NCBI GenBank assembly: GCA_030390025.1
Contig: JASTWF010000048.1
Coordinates: forward strand, 558,001 to 622,000
Origin: Squalus acanthias
Taxonomy: Eukaryota
Direction of reading: 5' to 3'
Length of the DNA stretch: 64,000 bases
The notes beneath the pieces are model-generated. The model was not told where the DNA came from and made no database searches. It was given only the letters and a program-made list of their open reading frames with translations. The translations under genes were made by a program, and so were the position numbers. This document shows positions 63,327 through 64,000 of the stretch, one piece after another. How positions within the stretch are numbered: position 1 is the stretch's first letter; each line of letters starts with the position of its first letter.

Positions 63327-64000
63327 GTAAGTAAACAAGAGTCCGGTGTCCCATAGGAGGCCTTTGGGTCTGGTGCAGGAATGTTTTAAAGGCCTAGTAA
63401 TGAAGTGTTCAATAATGAGAGAAAGAAAGAAAGAAGGAAAGAAAGAAAGAAAGATAGAGAGACACAAAGTTAATGAGAGAACAGCTTTGTGGGAATAAAT
63501 AGACTGTATTTGATCATTTGCAAATAAAGAAGACAAATTGAGTTAAATACAGTCGGGATGGACATGTATAGAACAGGGTTATTCCTGTATTGTTTAAATT
63601 AGTGAGTGATTTTTCCACGTCAATCCCTGACAATTGCCCCGATTACAAGTCGAGCTCCGCTAAAACAACGGGCTCCCAAATAACTACAAGCGCCTGCGGG
63701 TTTAGAATATTCATCTGGTTTTGACAAATCGACTAAAAGCAGGATGGCGAGTGGTCGAATAGATAAAAGTGTATGTTAAGGAACATAGGAACAGGAGGAG
63801 GCCATTCAGGCCCTCGAGTCATTCAATGAGATCACAGCTGATCTGTACCTCAACGCAAGTTACACGCCTTGGTTGCGTAACCTTACATAACCTTATCGAA
63901 CAAAAATCTTTCAAATTCAGTTTTGAAATTTTCAGTTGACTCCGACCCTCAACAGTTTTTTGGGGAGAGAGTTGCTGACTTCCACTACCCTTTGTATGAA

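Larger units (their letters stand above)
46110..64000 (+). repeat. Segmental duplication copy B of ~1140-23090
   Basis: Colinear V1/V11, V2/V12, V3/V13, relic/relic, V4/V14, V5/V15, with the same intervening repeats. Confidence 0.95.

Noticed and set aside
1-64000. Immunoglobulin cluster or IgNAR/NAR-TCR cassette
   Set aside because: No D/J/C between the Vs, no 12-RSS or FGxG/WGxG J motifs seen, and the open Vs have their own leaders; the organisation is a translocon V array

Overview
Vertebrate genomic DNA with nine short N gaps, almost certainly from a cartilaginous fish, judged by the V sequences and the HE1/Deu-type SINE, CR1 and Penelope repeats. The window is part of a germline antigen-receptor V-gene array, best read as the T-cell receptor beta (TRB) V cluster. 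It holds 14 recognisable leader/V-exon units on the + strand. Nine have open V exons with canonical Cys/Trp/YYC and a 23-bp-spacer RSS; five are pseudogenes. There are also 2 heavily decayed V relics and one leader whose V exon lies beyond the right edge. I saw no D, J or C segments. Positions ~1140-23090 are repeated at ~46110-64000 as a tandem segmental duplication, with copy-specific insertions, deletions and independent pseudogenisation. Main observations: (1) two adjacent V-delta-like segments inside a V-beta array, one intact with a Cys pair in CDR2; (2) a chimeric V gene made by reciprocal deletions, with a visible 10-bp microhomology scar; (3) co-oriented CTCF motifs just downstream of several RSSs; (4) PBX/PREP-decamer plus GC-box arrays in front of V leaders; (5) hammerhead-ribozyme motifs in Penelope elements. 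V names (V1-V15) are my own labels, and family assignments are from recalled motifs, not database searches.
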